Source of the DNA: a virus
Lineage: Duplodnaviria; Caudoviricetes
Virus record (IMG/VR): IMGVR_UViG_3300030419_003532
Span: 588-64,587 of that record
Strand: one strand, 5' to 3'
DNA length: 64,000 nt
The notes under the pieces were generated by a model. It did not search any database, had not been told where the DNA came from, and worked only from the letters and a program-made list of their open reading frames with translations. This document shows positions 46,767 to 55,448 of the stretch, piece after piece. Made by a program: the position numbers and the translations under genes. How positions within the stretch are numbered: the stretch's first letter is position 1; each line of letters starts with the position of its first letter.

Positions 46767-46840
46767 AAGGAAAAATTTGTAAATTAGTGTATAAGATTAG
46801 CTGTGGTAAAATTTGCTTCGGCTGGTGTGGAACAAAATAA
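46763..46840 (+). CDS. Cationic 4-Cys micropeptide, 25 aa (MKGKICKLVYKISCGKICFGWCGTK)
   Basis: Hand translation; ATGA overlap upstream; stop directly abuts ATG 46841. Confidence 0.6.
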   Translation: MKGKICKLVYKISCGKICFGWCGTK

Positions 46841-47209
46841 ATGTATTCTTATAAAATAAAATTAGATAGAGTAGTTGATGGGGATACTATTGATGCTTAT
46901 ATAGACTTAGGCTTTGATGTTTCAATAAAAAAAAGAATTAGATTTATGGGGATTAATACTCCTGAATCAAGAACTAGAGATTTAGAAGAAAAAGCAAGAG
47001 GTTTAGCTGCTAAAGATAGAGTTAAACAATTATTAGAGGGAGCTAATTTAATAAAATTAGATTCTCACGGAGTCGGAAAATATGGAAGATGTCTAGGAGA
47101 ATTACATATAGATGTAGTAGATGGGCAAGAAAAAATGACGTTAGAAAGTATAAATGAATTATTAATTAAAGAGGGTCATGCTGTAGAGTATCATGGCGGT
47201 AAAAGATGA
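46841..47209 (+). CDS. Staphylococcal nuclease (thermonuclease)-like protein
   Basis: RVVDGDT, RIRFMGINTPE, GKYGRCLG, INELLIKEGHA. Confidence 0.85.
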   Translation: MYSYKIKLDRVVDGDTIDAYIDLGFDVSIKKRIRFMGINTPESRTRDLEEKARGLAAKDRVKQLLEGANLIKLDSHGVGKYGRCLGELHIDVVDGQEKMTLESINELLIKEGHAVEYHGGKR

Positions 47210-47384
47210 TGTTATGATAAACTGGATAAATAGTTGGAAGTCAGGTAATAAAAGAGAAAAATATAATATTGAGTTAAGATTAGGTAGGTTTACTTTACTT
47301 GAAATAAAATTTTGTGTTTGTACAATTCCTTGTGATTGTGCTCGTTTTAGAATGATAGTATTAAATTTTGGATTTGAGTTATGA
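47193..47384 (+). CDS. Small hypothetical protein
   Basis: ORF track; probable start at MINWINSW. Confidence 0.55.
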   Translation: MAVKDDVMINWINSWKSGNKREKYNIELRLGRFTLLEIKFCVCTIPCDCARFRMIVLNFGFEL

Positions 47385-50164
47385 AAAAAATATTATTTTT
47401 ATTATTATTAATTCCTTTGTTTGTATTTACGCAAACAAAAGAAACTATTATTCATATAAACACAGATAACTACCCACAGGAAACTAGATGGGTATTACAC
47501 GCTGATAGTTTGTATGGAGCTATATTAGGACAAGTAAACTATGGATATTATACAATTCCAGACTCAGCTTATGCAGATACTCTATATATACCAGATAGTC
47601 TAACAAATATTACGTTTGTAATATATGATAGTTACGGAGACGGGATGTCTCCTCCAGGAAGTTATTACGTTTCTATATGTAATGATACTATAGTTAGCTA
47701 TCCAAACCCTTCCTTTACAACAGGGTTGTATTCTAACAGGATGGTACCTCAATGTATGCCTAACCCTCCTCCATCTGGGAATTGTGTTCCTTCAGTTCTA
47801 AATATAAACTTAGACCAATTCCAAAGCGAAACAACTTGGGAGATACATGATTCAACAGGAACTTTACTGTACGCAGGAGGCCCTTATTCACAAGCCCCTG
47901 ATTATCAACCTCAATACGAGAATTTATGCTTACCTGTAGGAGAACTCACCCTAACCATGTATGATTCTTATGGTGACGGGTTAGCTGGTAGCTTGTGGGG
48001 AGGGAATGATGGCTCATATTATCTCATGCAATGTGGGGACACCTTAGTTTATGGAGATGTTCCAAACTTTGGCACCGATACCCTACATGTATTTCAATCT
48101 GACACATGTTTGCCTCCACCACCAGTACCAGGATGTATGGATGAAAATTACGTGGAATATAATCCGCTAGCTACAGTTGATGATGGTAGCTGTTCAATCC
48201 TTAAAATATACGGATGTACAGATAGTACAATGTTTAACTATGACCCATTAGCTAACACAATGGATTATGTTGATAGTTGTATGTATACTTTAATATTGTA
48301 TGATTTAGCTGGAAACGGATGGATAGGAAGCAGATTAGATATTATGCAAGATGATACCACATCTTATTATTTAACTAGTGGTTTTTTACAAACATACACA
48401 TTAAATTTAAAATCCCCAGAAGAAGTCAGAGCAAAATTCTTTATTAACGCTCAAGCTTCAATGACATCCATAGAATGTGGGTTTAGTTTAATTAGTTCTA
48501 CTGGAGATACCGCCATACATGTTCCTGGAGGTTTTTCAAATCCTATATTACCTTTTTATGAATATTCAGGAACTACATATTGCGGAAATGAATGTATTCC
48601 TATTGTAACAGGATGTATGGATACTATAGCTTATAATTATAATAATTTAGCTAATACTAATGACATTTGTTATTATAATCCTGGATGCACTTCTCCTGCT
48701 TACTTAGAATACTATACACAAGGATTTACAGCAGATGTAGATGATGGTAGTTGTAGTATTTTAGCTGTATTTGGATGTACAGACAGTACTTCTTTTAATT
48801 ATAACTCATTAGCTAACGTGGATAACGGTGGATGTATTCCTGTAATAACAGGGTGTATGAATCCATTAGCTTTTAATTATAATGCTTTAGCTAATACTCC
48901 AGATACATGTATATCTATAATTTACGGATGTACAAACCCTTTAGCTTTTAATTTTGATTCTTTAGCTAATACTGACGATGGAAGCTGTATAGCTATTATT
49001 TATGGCTGTACCGATAGCACAATGTTTAATTTTATGCCTAGTGCAAATATAGACGACAGTTCTTGCGTGCCTTATATATATGGGTGTATGGATGCTACTA
49101 TGTGGAATTATAATTCTCAAGCAAATACTGATAATGGTAATTGTATCCCATTTATGTATGGTTGTACTGATTCAACCATGTTTAATTATGACCCGTTAGC
49201 AAATACAGATAACGGCACCTGTGAACCTTTTGTATATGGATGCACAAATCCAATTGCTTTAAATTATAATCCACAGGCAAATACAGATGATTTCTCCTGT
49301 ATATTACCAATCTATGGATGTATGGATTCTACAGCATTTAATTATGACCCTTTAGCTAATGTAGATAACGGAAGTTGTATCCCTATAATATTAGGATGTA
49401 CTAATCCGATAGCACTTAATTATTGTGATACCTGTAATACTGATGATTTTAGTTGTATACTTCCGATATATGGTTGTACTGATAGTACTATGTTTAATTA
49501 TAATCCTTTAGCCAATGTTGATAACAATTCTTGCGTTCCTTTTATCTATGGTTGTACTGACCCTTCTATGCTCAACTACAATCCACAAGCTAATACAGAA
49601 GATTTTAGTTGTATTGCTTATATTTATGGTTGTACCGATAGCACTGCTCTTAACTATGACCCGTTGGCTAATACTGACAATGGTTCGTGTGTGGCTGTGG
49701 TTGAAGGATGTATGGATGCAAATGCCTACAACTACGACATTACGGCTAATGTTAATGACTCTGCTTCTTGCTTATATAATGCTAATTGTATCACTGGTGC
49801 GGGTAATCCTTATTGGCTCAATGACCCTTGTTATGCCTGGGTAATATCAGTAGATGATTATTGTTGTGAGAATGAATGGGATAATATATGTCAGCTAACT
49901 TATAATTATTGTGACAATAATTGGACTGGAGCACAACCTCCAGCTAGAACAAACGCAGATAATATATTTGTTTACCCAAATCCAACAAATAATATTTTAT
50001 ATATTAATAAAACTGTTGATTTAGAAGTTTATAACAGTATTGGAGAATTAATTATAAAAAGTAATGGAAATATGGTTGATTTATCTGATTATAGTAATGG
50101 AATTTATAATATTATGATTATATTTGAAGGTAATAATAATACCTACAAAATTATAAAAAGATAA
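47381..50164 (+). CDS. T9SS type-A sorting-domain protein with Cys-rich GC[TM][DN] repeats
   Basis: Signal peptide; D.Y..ET.W/DSYGDG domains; 17 GC[TM][DNS] repeats; C-terminal VYPNP...VYNSIGE...DLS..SNGIY...KIIK. Confidence 0.85.
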   Translation: MKKILFLLLLIPLFVFTQTKETIIHINTDNYPQETRWVLHADSLYGAILGQVNYGYYTIPDSAYADTLYIPDSLTNITFVIYDSYGDGMSPPGSYYVSICNDTIVSYPNPSFTTGLYSNRMVPQCMPNPPPSGNCVPSVLNINLDQFQSETTWEIHDSTGTLLYAGGPYSQAPDYQPQYENLCLPVGELTLTMYDSYGDGLAGSLWGGNDGSYYLMQCGDTLVYGDVPNFGTDTLHVFQSDTCLPPPPVPGCMDENYVEYNPLATVDDGSCSILKIYGCTDSTMFNYDPLANTMDYVDSCMYTLILYDLAGNGWIGSRLDIMQDDTTSYYLTSGFLQTYTLNLKSPEEVRAKFFINAQASMTSIECGFSLISSTGDTAIHVPGGFSNPILPFYEYSGTTYCGNECIPIVTGCMDTIAYNYNNLANTNDICYYNPGCTSPAYLEYYTQGFTADVDDGSCSILAVFGCTDSTSFNYNSLANVDNGGCIPVITGCMNPLAFNYNALANTPDTCISIIYGCTNPLAFNFDSLANTDDGSCIAIIYGCTDSTMFNFMPSANIDDSSCVPYIYGCMDATMWNYNSQANTDNGNCIPFMYGCTDSTMFNYDPLANTDNGTCEPFVYGCTNPIALNYNPQANTDDFSCILPIYGCMDSTAFNYDPLANVDNGSCIPIILGCTNPIALNYCDTCNTDDFSCILPIYGCTDSTMFNYNPLANVDNNSCVPFIYGCTDPSMLNYNPQANTEDFSCIAYIYGCTDSTALNYDPLANTDNGSCVAVVEGCMDANAYNYDITANVNDSASCLYNANCITGAGNPYWLNDPCYAWVISVDDYCCENEWDNICQLTYNYCDNNWTGAQPPARTNADNIFVYPNPTNNILYINKTVDLEVYNSIGELIIKSNGNMVDLSDYSNGIYNIMIIFEGNNNTYKIIKR
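48611..49772 (+). repeat. Tandem coding repeats of ~78 nt (26 aa: YGCTDSTMFNYDPLANTDDGSCIP)
   Basis: 15 consecutive degenerate units visible in DNA and protein. Confidence 0.85.
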
Positions 50165-50234
50165 TGTTATGGCTTATTATATAGGTAAAGAAGCTTTAGA
50201 CACAAAGGTTGATGGAATTGAATTATAAAATAGT

Positions 50235-50585
50235 ATGGCAAAAAAATATGCAAAAATAACAGGAAATTCAGCACAGATATTAGTTGCTAGGCAAAAAGTT
50301 GCAAACACAACAACAAAAGGATTCACCAGAACATTTAGTGGGAAAACTATAGTTGGAATGTCTTTATGTAATATACATGCTACAGATTCTGTGGATGTAG
50401 ACTTATTCATATATGACGCTGCAAATACTACAGAAATAGCTAGGATTTTACACAATAAAACAATAGAAGCTGGAACAACTTTGTTTTTAGAAGGGCATGA
50501 AGTTTCTTTTAATAACGGAAAGGATTATGATTTAAGAATACAATTAAGTGCTGCAGATAGTGCTGTTGATGTTATAATAAGATAA
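50235..50585 (+). CDS. Small beta-sandwich protein, probable virion component
   Basis: SLCNIH...VDVDL...TIEAGTTL.L pattern. Confidence 0.5.
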   Translation: MAKKYAKITGNSAQILVARQKVANTTTKGFTRTFSGKTIVGMSLCNIHATDSVDVDLFIYDAANTTEIARILHNKTIEAGTTLFLEGHEVSFNNGKDYDLRIQLSAADSAVDVIIR

Positions 50586-50600
50586 ATTAAAAAATAAATT

Positions 50601-50993
50601 ATGAGTATACTAACAAAAATATTTTCGGCTGGAGCTAGCGATTTAGTAAAAAATGTAGGTGGAGTTATAGATAATCTACATACTTCTAAAGAAGAAAAGC
50701 TTGAAGCTGAAAGAAAAATTAAAGACATGATAATGGGTTACGAAGCTGAGATGCAAAAGCAAGTAACCGAAAGATGGAAAGTAGATATGCAATCTGATTC
50801 ATGGCTTTCAAAAAATATAAGACCTATGGTTTTAATATTCTTAGTAGTATCTACAGTATTATTAATTTTTATTGATGCTGGGATAATACAATTTGAAGTT
50901 AAGGCTTCTTGGGTGGATTTATTACAGCTCGTTTTAATTACTGTAATTGGAGCATACTTTGGAGGTAGGTCGCTTGAAAAGGTTAAAAAATGA
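50601..50993 (+). CDS. Holin (GTA 3TM-holin-like)
   Basis: RW..DM.SDSWLSKNIRP, TM helices, YFGGRSLEK. Confidence 0.8.
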   Translation: MSILTKIFSAGASDLVKNVGGVIDNLHTSKEEKLEAERKIKDMIMGYEAEMQKQVTERWKVDMQSDSWLSKNIRPMVLIFLVVSTVLLIFIDAGIIQFEVKASWVDLLQLVLITVIGAYFGGRSLEKVKK

Positions 50994-51460
50994 AATTAAA
51001 AGTATTAAGATTTAGTAGTCAGGAAGACTCAACTTCAGGAGCATTATTTAAAGAGCGTGATGATAGTAATTTAGAGTTCCTATGTTACACATTAGAAGAC
51101 GAGCATAGAGATAGTAAAATACGTGGCGAGACAAGAGTGCCTGCTGGTATTTATAATATAAAATTAAGAACTGAAGGCGGTTTTCATGAAAGATATAAAA
51201 AAAGGTTTTCTAGTATACATAAAGGAATGTTACACGTCACTGAAGTACCAGGTTTTGAGTACATCCTTATACATACTGGTAATACTGATGAACATACTGC
51301 TGGATGCCTTCTTGTGGGTGATTCACAGGAAAACAATATTATCGTCAAAGATGGTTTTATTGGAAAATCCACTAATGCGTACAAAAGAATATATCCAGAT
51401 ATTGCTAGAGCAATTGAAAAAGGAGAAGAGGTTATTATAGAATATATAGATTTAGCTTAA
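50990..51460 (+). CDS. DUF5675-family putative endolysin (L,D-transpeptidase-like His/Cys)
   Basis: CYTLED, VPAGIY, ILIHTGN...HTAGCLLVG; next to the holin. Confidence 0.75.
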   Translation: MKLKVLRFSSQEDSTSGALFKERDDSNLEFLCYTLEDEHRDSKIRGETRVPAGIYNIKLRTEGGFHERYKKRFSSIHKGMLHVTEVPGFEYILIHTGNTDEHTAGCLLVGDSQENNIIVKDGFIGKSTNAYKRIYPDIARAIEKGEEVIIEYIDLA

Positions 51461-51461
51461 A

Positions 51462-51830
51462 ATGGCTCTTCAAAAATTAGTAATACATTCTACTAAAACT
51501 CCTTATGGAATTTATGTCCCCTTAGATGAAATACAAGAAGAACATATAACGGATAGAGGATTTTCTGAAATAGGATTCTCCGATATTATTACTTTTGAAG
51601 GCGTTATAGAGTCTACCTTACAAATAAGAAACGGAGAGAAAACTCATGACTGGGGAATGACAGACTCAAGACATGTAGCTTATATGGGTGGTATATCTGA
51701 AGATGGTTTTAATATAGAAGATACTAGAACTCCAGAACAAAGAGAATCTTTACGAATATATATAGAATTTCTAAAAAGAAGATACCCTAGAATAGAAATT
51801 GTAGACTATACAAAAACAAGAATTATTTAG
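51462..51830 (+). CDS. Degenerate T7-lysozyme-like amidase
   Basis: LVIHST, RGFSEIGF, VAYMGG, DTRTPEQRESL; lacks the C-terminal GH...K.CP. Confidence 0.6.
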   Translation: MALQKLVIHSTKTPYGIYVPLDEIQEEHITDRGFSEIGFSDIITFEGVIESTLQIRNGEKTHDWGMTDSRHVAYMGGISEDGFNIEDTRTPEQRESLRIYIEFLKRRYPRIEIVDYTKTRII

Positions 51831-52050
51831 ATTTTACTGGAGTACTTCCGTATTCTATATAATCTTCAATCTTTTTAGCCTCATCAATTATTTTATTGAA
51901 ATCTTTTTCTTTTTCAGACATAACTGCAACTGCAAATTTCATTGCTTCCAGTCTTATCATTCTTCTTTCTTGTTTTTGCTGTTTATCATTCATTAATTGA
52001 ACTCCAGCGTGGTCACTCATTGAAGGTGGTGGGTTATATTTTTTTGCCAT
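51823..52050 (-). CDS. Hypothetical protein
   Basis: ORF track. Confidence 0.55.
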   Translation of the reverse strand: MAKKYNPPPSMSDHAGVQLMNDKQQKQERRMIRLEAMKFAVAVMSEKEKDFNKIIDEAKKIEDYIEYGSTPVKSK

Positions 52051-52058
52051 TTTTTTAT

Positions 52059-52829
52059 TTATTTATTCCATTTATATTTAGCTCCTAAATTCATTGGGAT
52101 GAATATTGCAGTTCTCCCTTCGTCTAAAACGATTCCGCATCCTAACGTGGGTTTCTTAGGAAAATGTTTCCCGTAAGAAAAAGCCATATGATGCACATCT
52201 ATACCACATCCAACATTCATTCCAAATATAATATCATTTCTTGATGCCATGTAATTAACCCCTCCAAAAGAGTGGCTATGACCTATAACTGTAGACTGTC
52301 TATTAGCTATAGCTCTATTACGTGCTCCAGATACTCCAGAAGAACCTGTTCCGTGAGTATATAAAACATTATCTATCTCCCATTCCATTTGCCACTTCCA
52401 TCCATCAGGTGCGTTCCATATTTCTTCGTAAGTCTTCATGTATCTTTTCGGTATACCAGCTGAGGTTGCCTGGCGAAAAGGCAAGGCTGAATGATTGCCT
52501 ACGCAAACCTTAACATCAGGGAAGGTTTCATACCATCTCTCCATAGCTTTCTGAGCCTGCTCAGCTTCTCTAACAGCATTAGGCATTTCTAATTCAGACT
52601 CATGGTATGAAAGAGCTGCGTTATCGCACTCGTCTCCAATATGTATTATTTCTGTACACCCAAAACGATTAAAAACATCATAAACAAAATCTCTATAATC
52701 TGGATGACAAAAAGGCTCATGAGTGTCTCCTATAATACCTACATTAGACGTTCTTCTATGGTTAAGAATCAAGTCCTCCTCTTGAGGAGTTAACCTGATT
52801 CTTCTACCATATATTTTTTTACTTGACAT
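52059..52829 (-). CDS. Calcineurin-like metallophosphoesterase
   Basis: GDTH, GDECD, GNH, THG, GHSH motifs. Confidence 0.9.
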   Translation of the reverse strand: MSSKKIYGRRIRLTPQEEDLILNHRRTSNVGIIGDTHEPFCHPDYRDFVYDVFNRFGCTEIIHIGDECDNAALSYHESELEMPNAVREAEQAQKAMERWYETFPDVKVCVGNHSALPFRQATSAGIPKRYMKTYEEIWNAPDGWKWQMEWEIDNVLYTHGTGSSGVSGARNRAIANRQSTVIGHSHSFGGVNYMASRNDIIFGMNVGCGIDVHHMAFSYGKHFPKKPTLGCGIVLDEGRTAIFIPMNLGAKYKWNK

Positions 52830-52843
52830 ATCTTAAATTTATA

Positions 52844-52851
52844 CAAATATA
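52844..52851 (-). promoter_or_regulatory. Promoter -7 element
   Basis: TATATTTG 14 nt upstream of the phosphoesterase ATG. Confidence 0.65.
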
Positions 52852-52886
52852 TTAAATATTTATAACGCCTAATAAAATGTTAATAA

Positions 52887-53171
52887 CTACATTCTTTTTG
52901 AATGTTTAAACCTAGTATAAATTTTAGGTTTTTTTCTAAAAGAATTGTTATATATCCCATCATCTGCTATCTTTTTAAAAGACTGGTATCTGTTACTTGA
53001 TAATCTTTGCTGGTTGTTTTTATCAAATGCCAAGCCTCTACATTTAGAACATATTCCAACATCTGATTTGCCTCCCCCAAGTAAAATCATAGGCTCCTTA
53101 CAGCATAAACTATTTTTTTCACTCAGGTTATTTTTTATATTTTCCCAATTATATTTCTTTCTAATCTCCAT
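52887..53171 (-). CDS. Small Zn-ribbon protein
   Basis: SLCC...CSKC. Confidence 0.55.
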   Translation of the reverse strand: MEIRKKYNWENIKNNLSEKNSLCCKEPMILLGGGKSDVGICSKCRGLAFDKNNQQRLSSNRYQSFKKIADDGIYNNSFRKKPKIYTRFKHSKRM

Positions 53172-53174
53172 AAT

Positions 53175-53720
53175 TTATTTTTTGTTTTTTATATTCTCTA
53201 ACCTTTGTAACTCAAAATCCAAGTGATTAATTGCTTTCTCAATACATTCTTGAGGAGATTTGTGTTTATTTTCTGCTCTCAATAAATATGTGACTGCATT
53301 TCCAATATTAAAATTCAAATTATAATCTTCAATGATTTTTCTTGCCTCATAGCCATAAATTTTACCAATATAGTAATCAGGTATTCCTGAATTTCTAAAG
53401 CTTGATTGATTAATCTGAATGTATTTTTCTAAATCTACAACATATCTCTCAAGGTCTTTAATATACTTGTCTTTATTTATTTCTTTTGATGATATTGATT
53501 CTTCATCTTTACCCATGTTTTCAACTACAGACTCCATTTCTTCTACAATATCTTTAATTTCGTCTTTATCTTCATCCTTGAAAGGATTTTTTATATGGGA
53601 TTTTTCCTCAGGTAATTCGTCTAAGGTTGTTGTTCTTACGTAATCTTTAGGAGGAAGGTTACGTTCTTTATCCCAATAATACTCGCTGTATTTACTGTTC
53701 TCTTCTTTTTGCTCTGTCAT
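53175..53720 (-). CDS. DUF3310 (T7 gp1.7-like) domain protein
   Basis: P.YY...EARKII...FNIGNAVTYLLRA..K...KAI..L. Confidence 0.7.
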   Translation of the reverse strand: MTEQKEENSKYSEYYWDKERNLPPKDYVRTTTLDELPEEKSHIKNPFKDEDKDEIKDIVEEMESVVENMGKDEESISSKEINKDKYIKDLERYVVDLEKYIQINQSSFRNSGIPDYYIGKIYGYEARKIIEDYNLNFNIGNAVTYLLRAENKHKSPQECIEKAINHLDFELQRLENIKNKK

Positions 53721-53922
53721 TTTCTAAAATTTTAATTAAACCATTTTGAGTGTGTAAGCTTCTACATTTTGCTCCGTATCTTTCTTGATTTCGTTTACGA
53801 TATTCTTCTGGGTTATGTATTAGTTTTACCTCTCTAACTAACCCAGTTTCTTCGTTGTATTTTACAATCCATCTACAGCTGTAGTGCATTTTATTTTTTT
53901 TAAGATGTGTTAAGTAGCTCAT
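53692..53922 (-). CDS. Hypothetical protein
   Basis: ORF track; ATG start at MSYL. Confidence 0.55.
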   Translation of the reverse strand: MSYLTHLKKNKMHYSCRWIVKYNEETGLVREVKLIHNPEEYRKRNQERYGAKCRSLHTQNGLIKILENDRAKRREQ

Positions 53923-54066
53923 AATTTTATTTTTCTTTTTTATCAAATTTTTCAATATTTTTCATTATATTATTTTGGTCTACTCCTAACTTTAGTGCAT
54001 ATCTTGCTAGTTTAAGTATAGCTAATAGAACCAAAATAAATATTATTAATTCAAATGTCATAGTTA

Positions 54067-54264
54067 TTAATTTAAAGTTGTTTTTCTAAATCCTAATTCG
54101 TTTCTTATAATAGTAGGCATTCCAGAATGCTCTTCTGTCATAACCTGATTCATATATTTTCCGCATTCACATTTAACGTCTTGTATCCATTTACCATCAA
54201 TAAATTTAGTTGTGGTTTTGTAAACTTCTTTAGTTTTATTACATTCATTACATTTAAAAATCAT
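54067..54264 (-). CDS. Zn-ribbon protein (FmdB-like)
   Basis: FKCNEC...KCECG..M. Confidence 0.6.
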   Translation of the reverse strand: MIFKCNECNKTKEVYKTTTKFIDGKWIQDVKCECGKYMNQVMTEEHSGMPTIIRNELGFRKTTLN

Positions 54265-54390
54265 AACTTAAATTTTTTATGAATTTTACCTGTTACCATG
54301 CAGACGTACTTATTTTTTGTGGTAAATACTCTTCTTCTACATTTTTTATTATGAATCCCTATATAATGAGGTAGTCTCATTAACCATAAT

Positions 54391-54585
54391 TTAATACATT
54401 TCATGTCCATCATCTTGATATTTATTTAAATACATATTTAAGTGTTCTGTTTTAGAGTCTAACTCTTTTAATAGTTCTTTCCTTTCTTTTATACCTACTA
54501 ATATAGTAATTATACAGCCTATAATAATCCCAAGAAGAAAGGATAGCATTATCATTATAAGTATTTCAAAGTCTGTTATATACAT
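54391..54585 (-). CDS. Small membrane protein
   Basis: One TM plus coiled coil. Confidence 0.55.
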   Translation of the reverse strand: MYITDFEILIMIMLSFLLGIIIGCIITILVGIKERKELLKELDSKTEHLNMYLNKYQDDGHEMY

Positions 54586-54959
54586 TATGATAGTATTTTA
54601 ATTATTACTCCTGGTTTTTTCTTATTATACTCATACTTTTCAAATATAGGTATAATCTCATCACAATTATCATCTTTTATCCAATTATATTTAACCATTA
54701 AATCCTGTACTGTCTGAGCAGGATTAATATAATCAAATTTATGTTTAGTGCCTCTAATGAATTGTAAAGACAATTTATAAGGCTTTGTTTTCCCTTTTAG
54801 CATTTTCTGGAAGCCCACCCTGTATTTCATATAAAACTCCATAGATTTTTTTATATAATTCCTAGTGGCTTTTGAGTTAATTAACATTTTACCAGTCCAT
54901 TGCTTAGAGTTTTTACTGCTAGGCACATTTCCTGGTATAAATATACTACTTTTGTTCAT
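54585..54959 (-). CDS. RusA-like Holliday junction resolvase
   Basis: IPGNVPSSKN, FDYINP...QDL...WIKDDN, PGVIIKI. Confidence 0.7.
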   Translation of the reverse strand: MNKSSIFIPGNVPSSKNSKQWTGKMLINSKATRNYIKKSMEFYMKYRVGFQKMLKGKTKPYKLSLQFIRGTKHKFDYINPAQTVQDLMVKYNWIKDDNCDEIIPIFEKYEYNKKKPGVIIKILS

Positions 54960-55446
54960 CCCAATAAGTTTTCTTTATAGTGTCAACACCAAAGTATTGA
55001 GCATATTTCTTTCTAGGTATTAATACTAATTCAGACCAATTATTATCACCACCTTTAACCACTTTTAAATCCTGTATATTTTCTTTTATAAATCTTTTTA
55101 ATTTATCGCACTCCATCATCCATAGATTGTTAACAGATATATCTGGCATGTAATATATCCACCAATCTGATTTAGTAGTGCTAATTCCTGACGGATTGCC
55201 TTTATACCTTATTTCAATAGCTATATTTCCTGTATCATTAATATCATCAACATAATTATCTGTTTTTATTTCCATGTAAAGATTCTTGTCTTGTTTTGGA
55301 GAATACATAATTATATCATAATCTTTGGAGTCTGAACTTTCATCGTTAACTATACTCATTCCATTTATAGCAAGATAAAAAGCTACTATCTTTTCCCCTT
55401 GATTCCCATATTTTAAATCTTTTTTAAATTTTTTGTTTAAATCCAT
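54946..55446 (-). CDS. PD-(D/E)XK nuclease-fold protein
   Basis: GE..V, YDI, EIKTD, TGNIAIE, SGISTTKSDWW. Confidence 0.65.
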   Translation of the reverse strand: MDLNKKFKKDLKYGNQGEKIVAFYLAINGMSIVNDESSDSKDYDIIMYSPKQDKNLYMEIKTDNYVDDINDTGNIAIEIRYKGNPSGISTTKSDWWIYYMPDISVNNLWMMECDKLKRFIKENIQDLKVVKGGDNNWSELVLIPRKKYAQYFGVDTIKKTYWDEQK

Positions 55447-55448
55447 AT

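Noticed and set aside
48611-49772. Possible CRISPR array or DGR repeats
   Set aside because: Units are in-frame degenerate coding repeats with no unique spacers; no cas or reverse transcriptase gene is present
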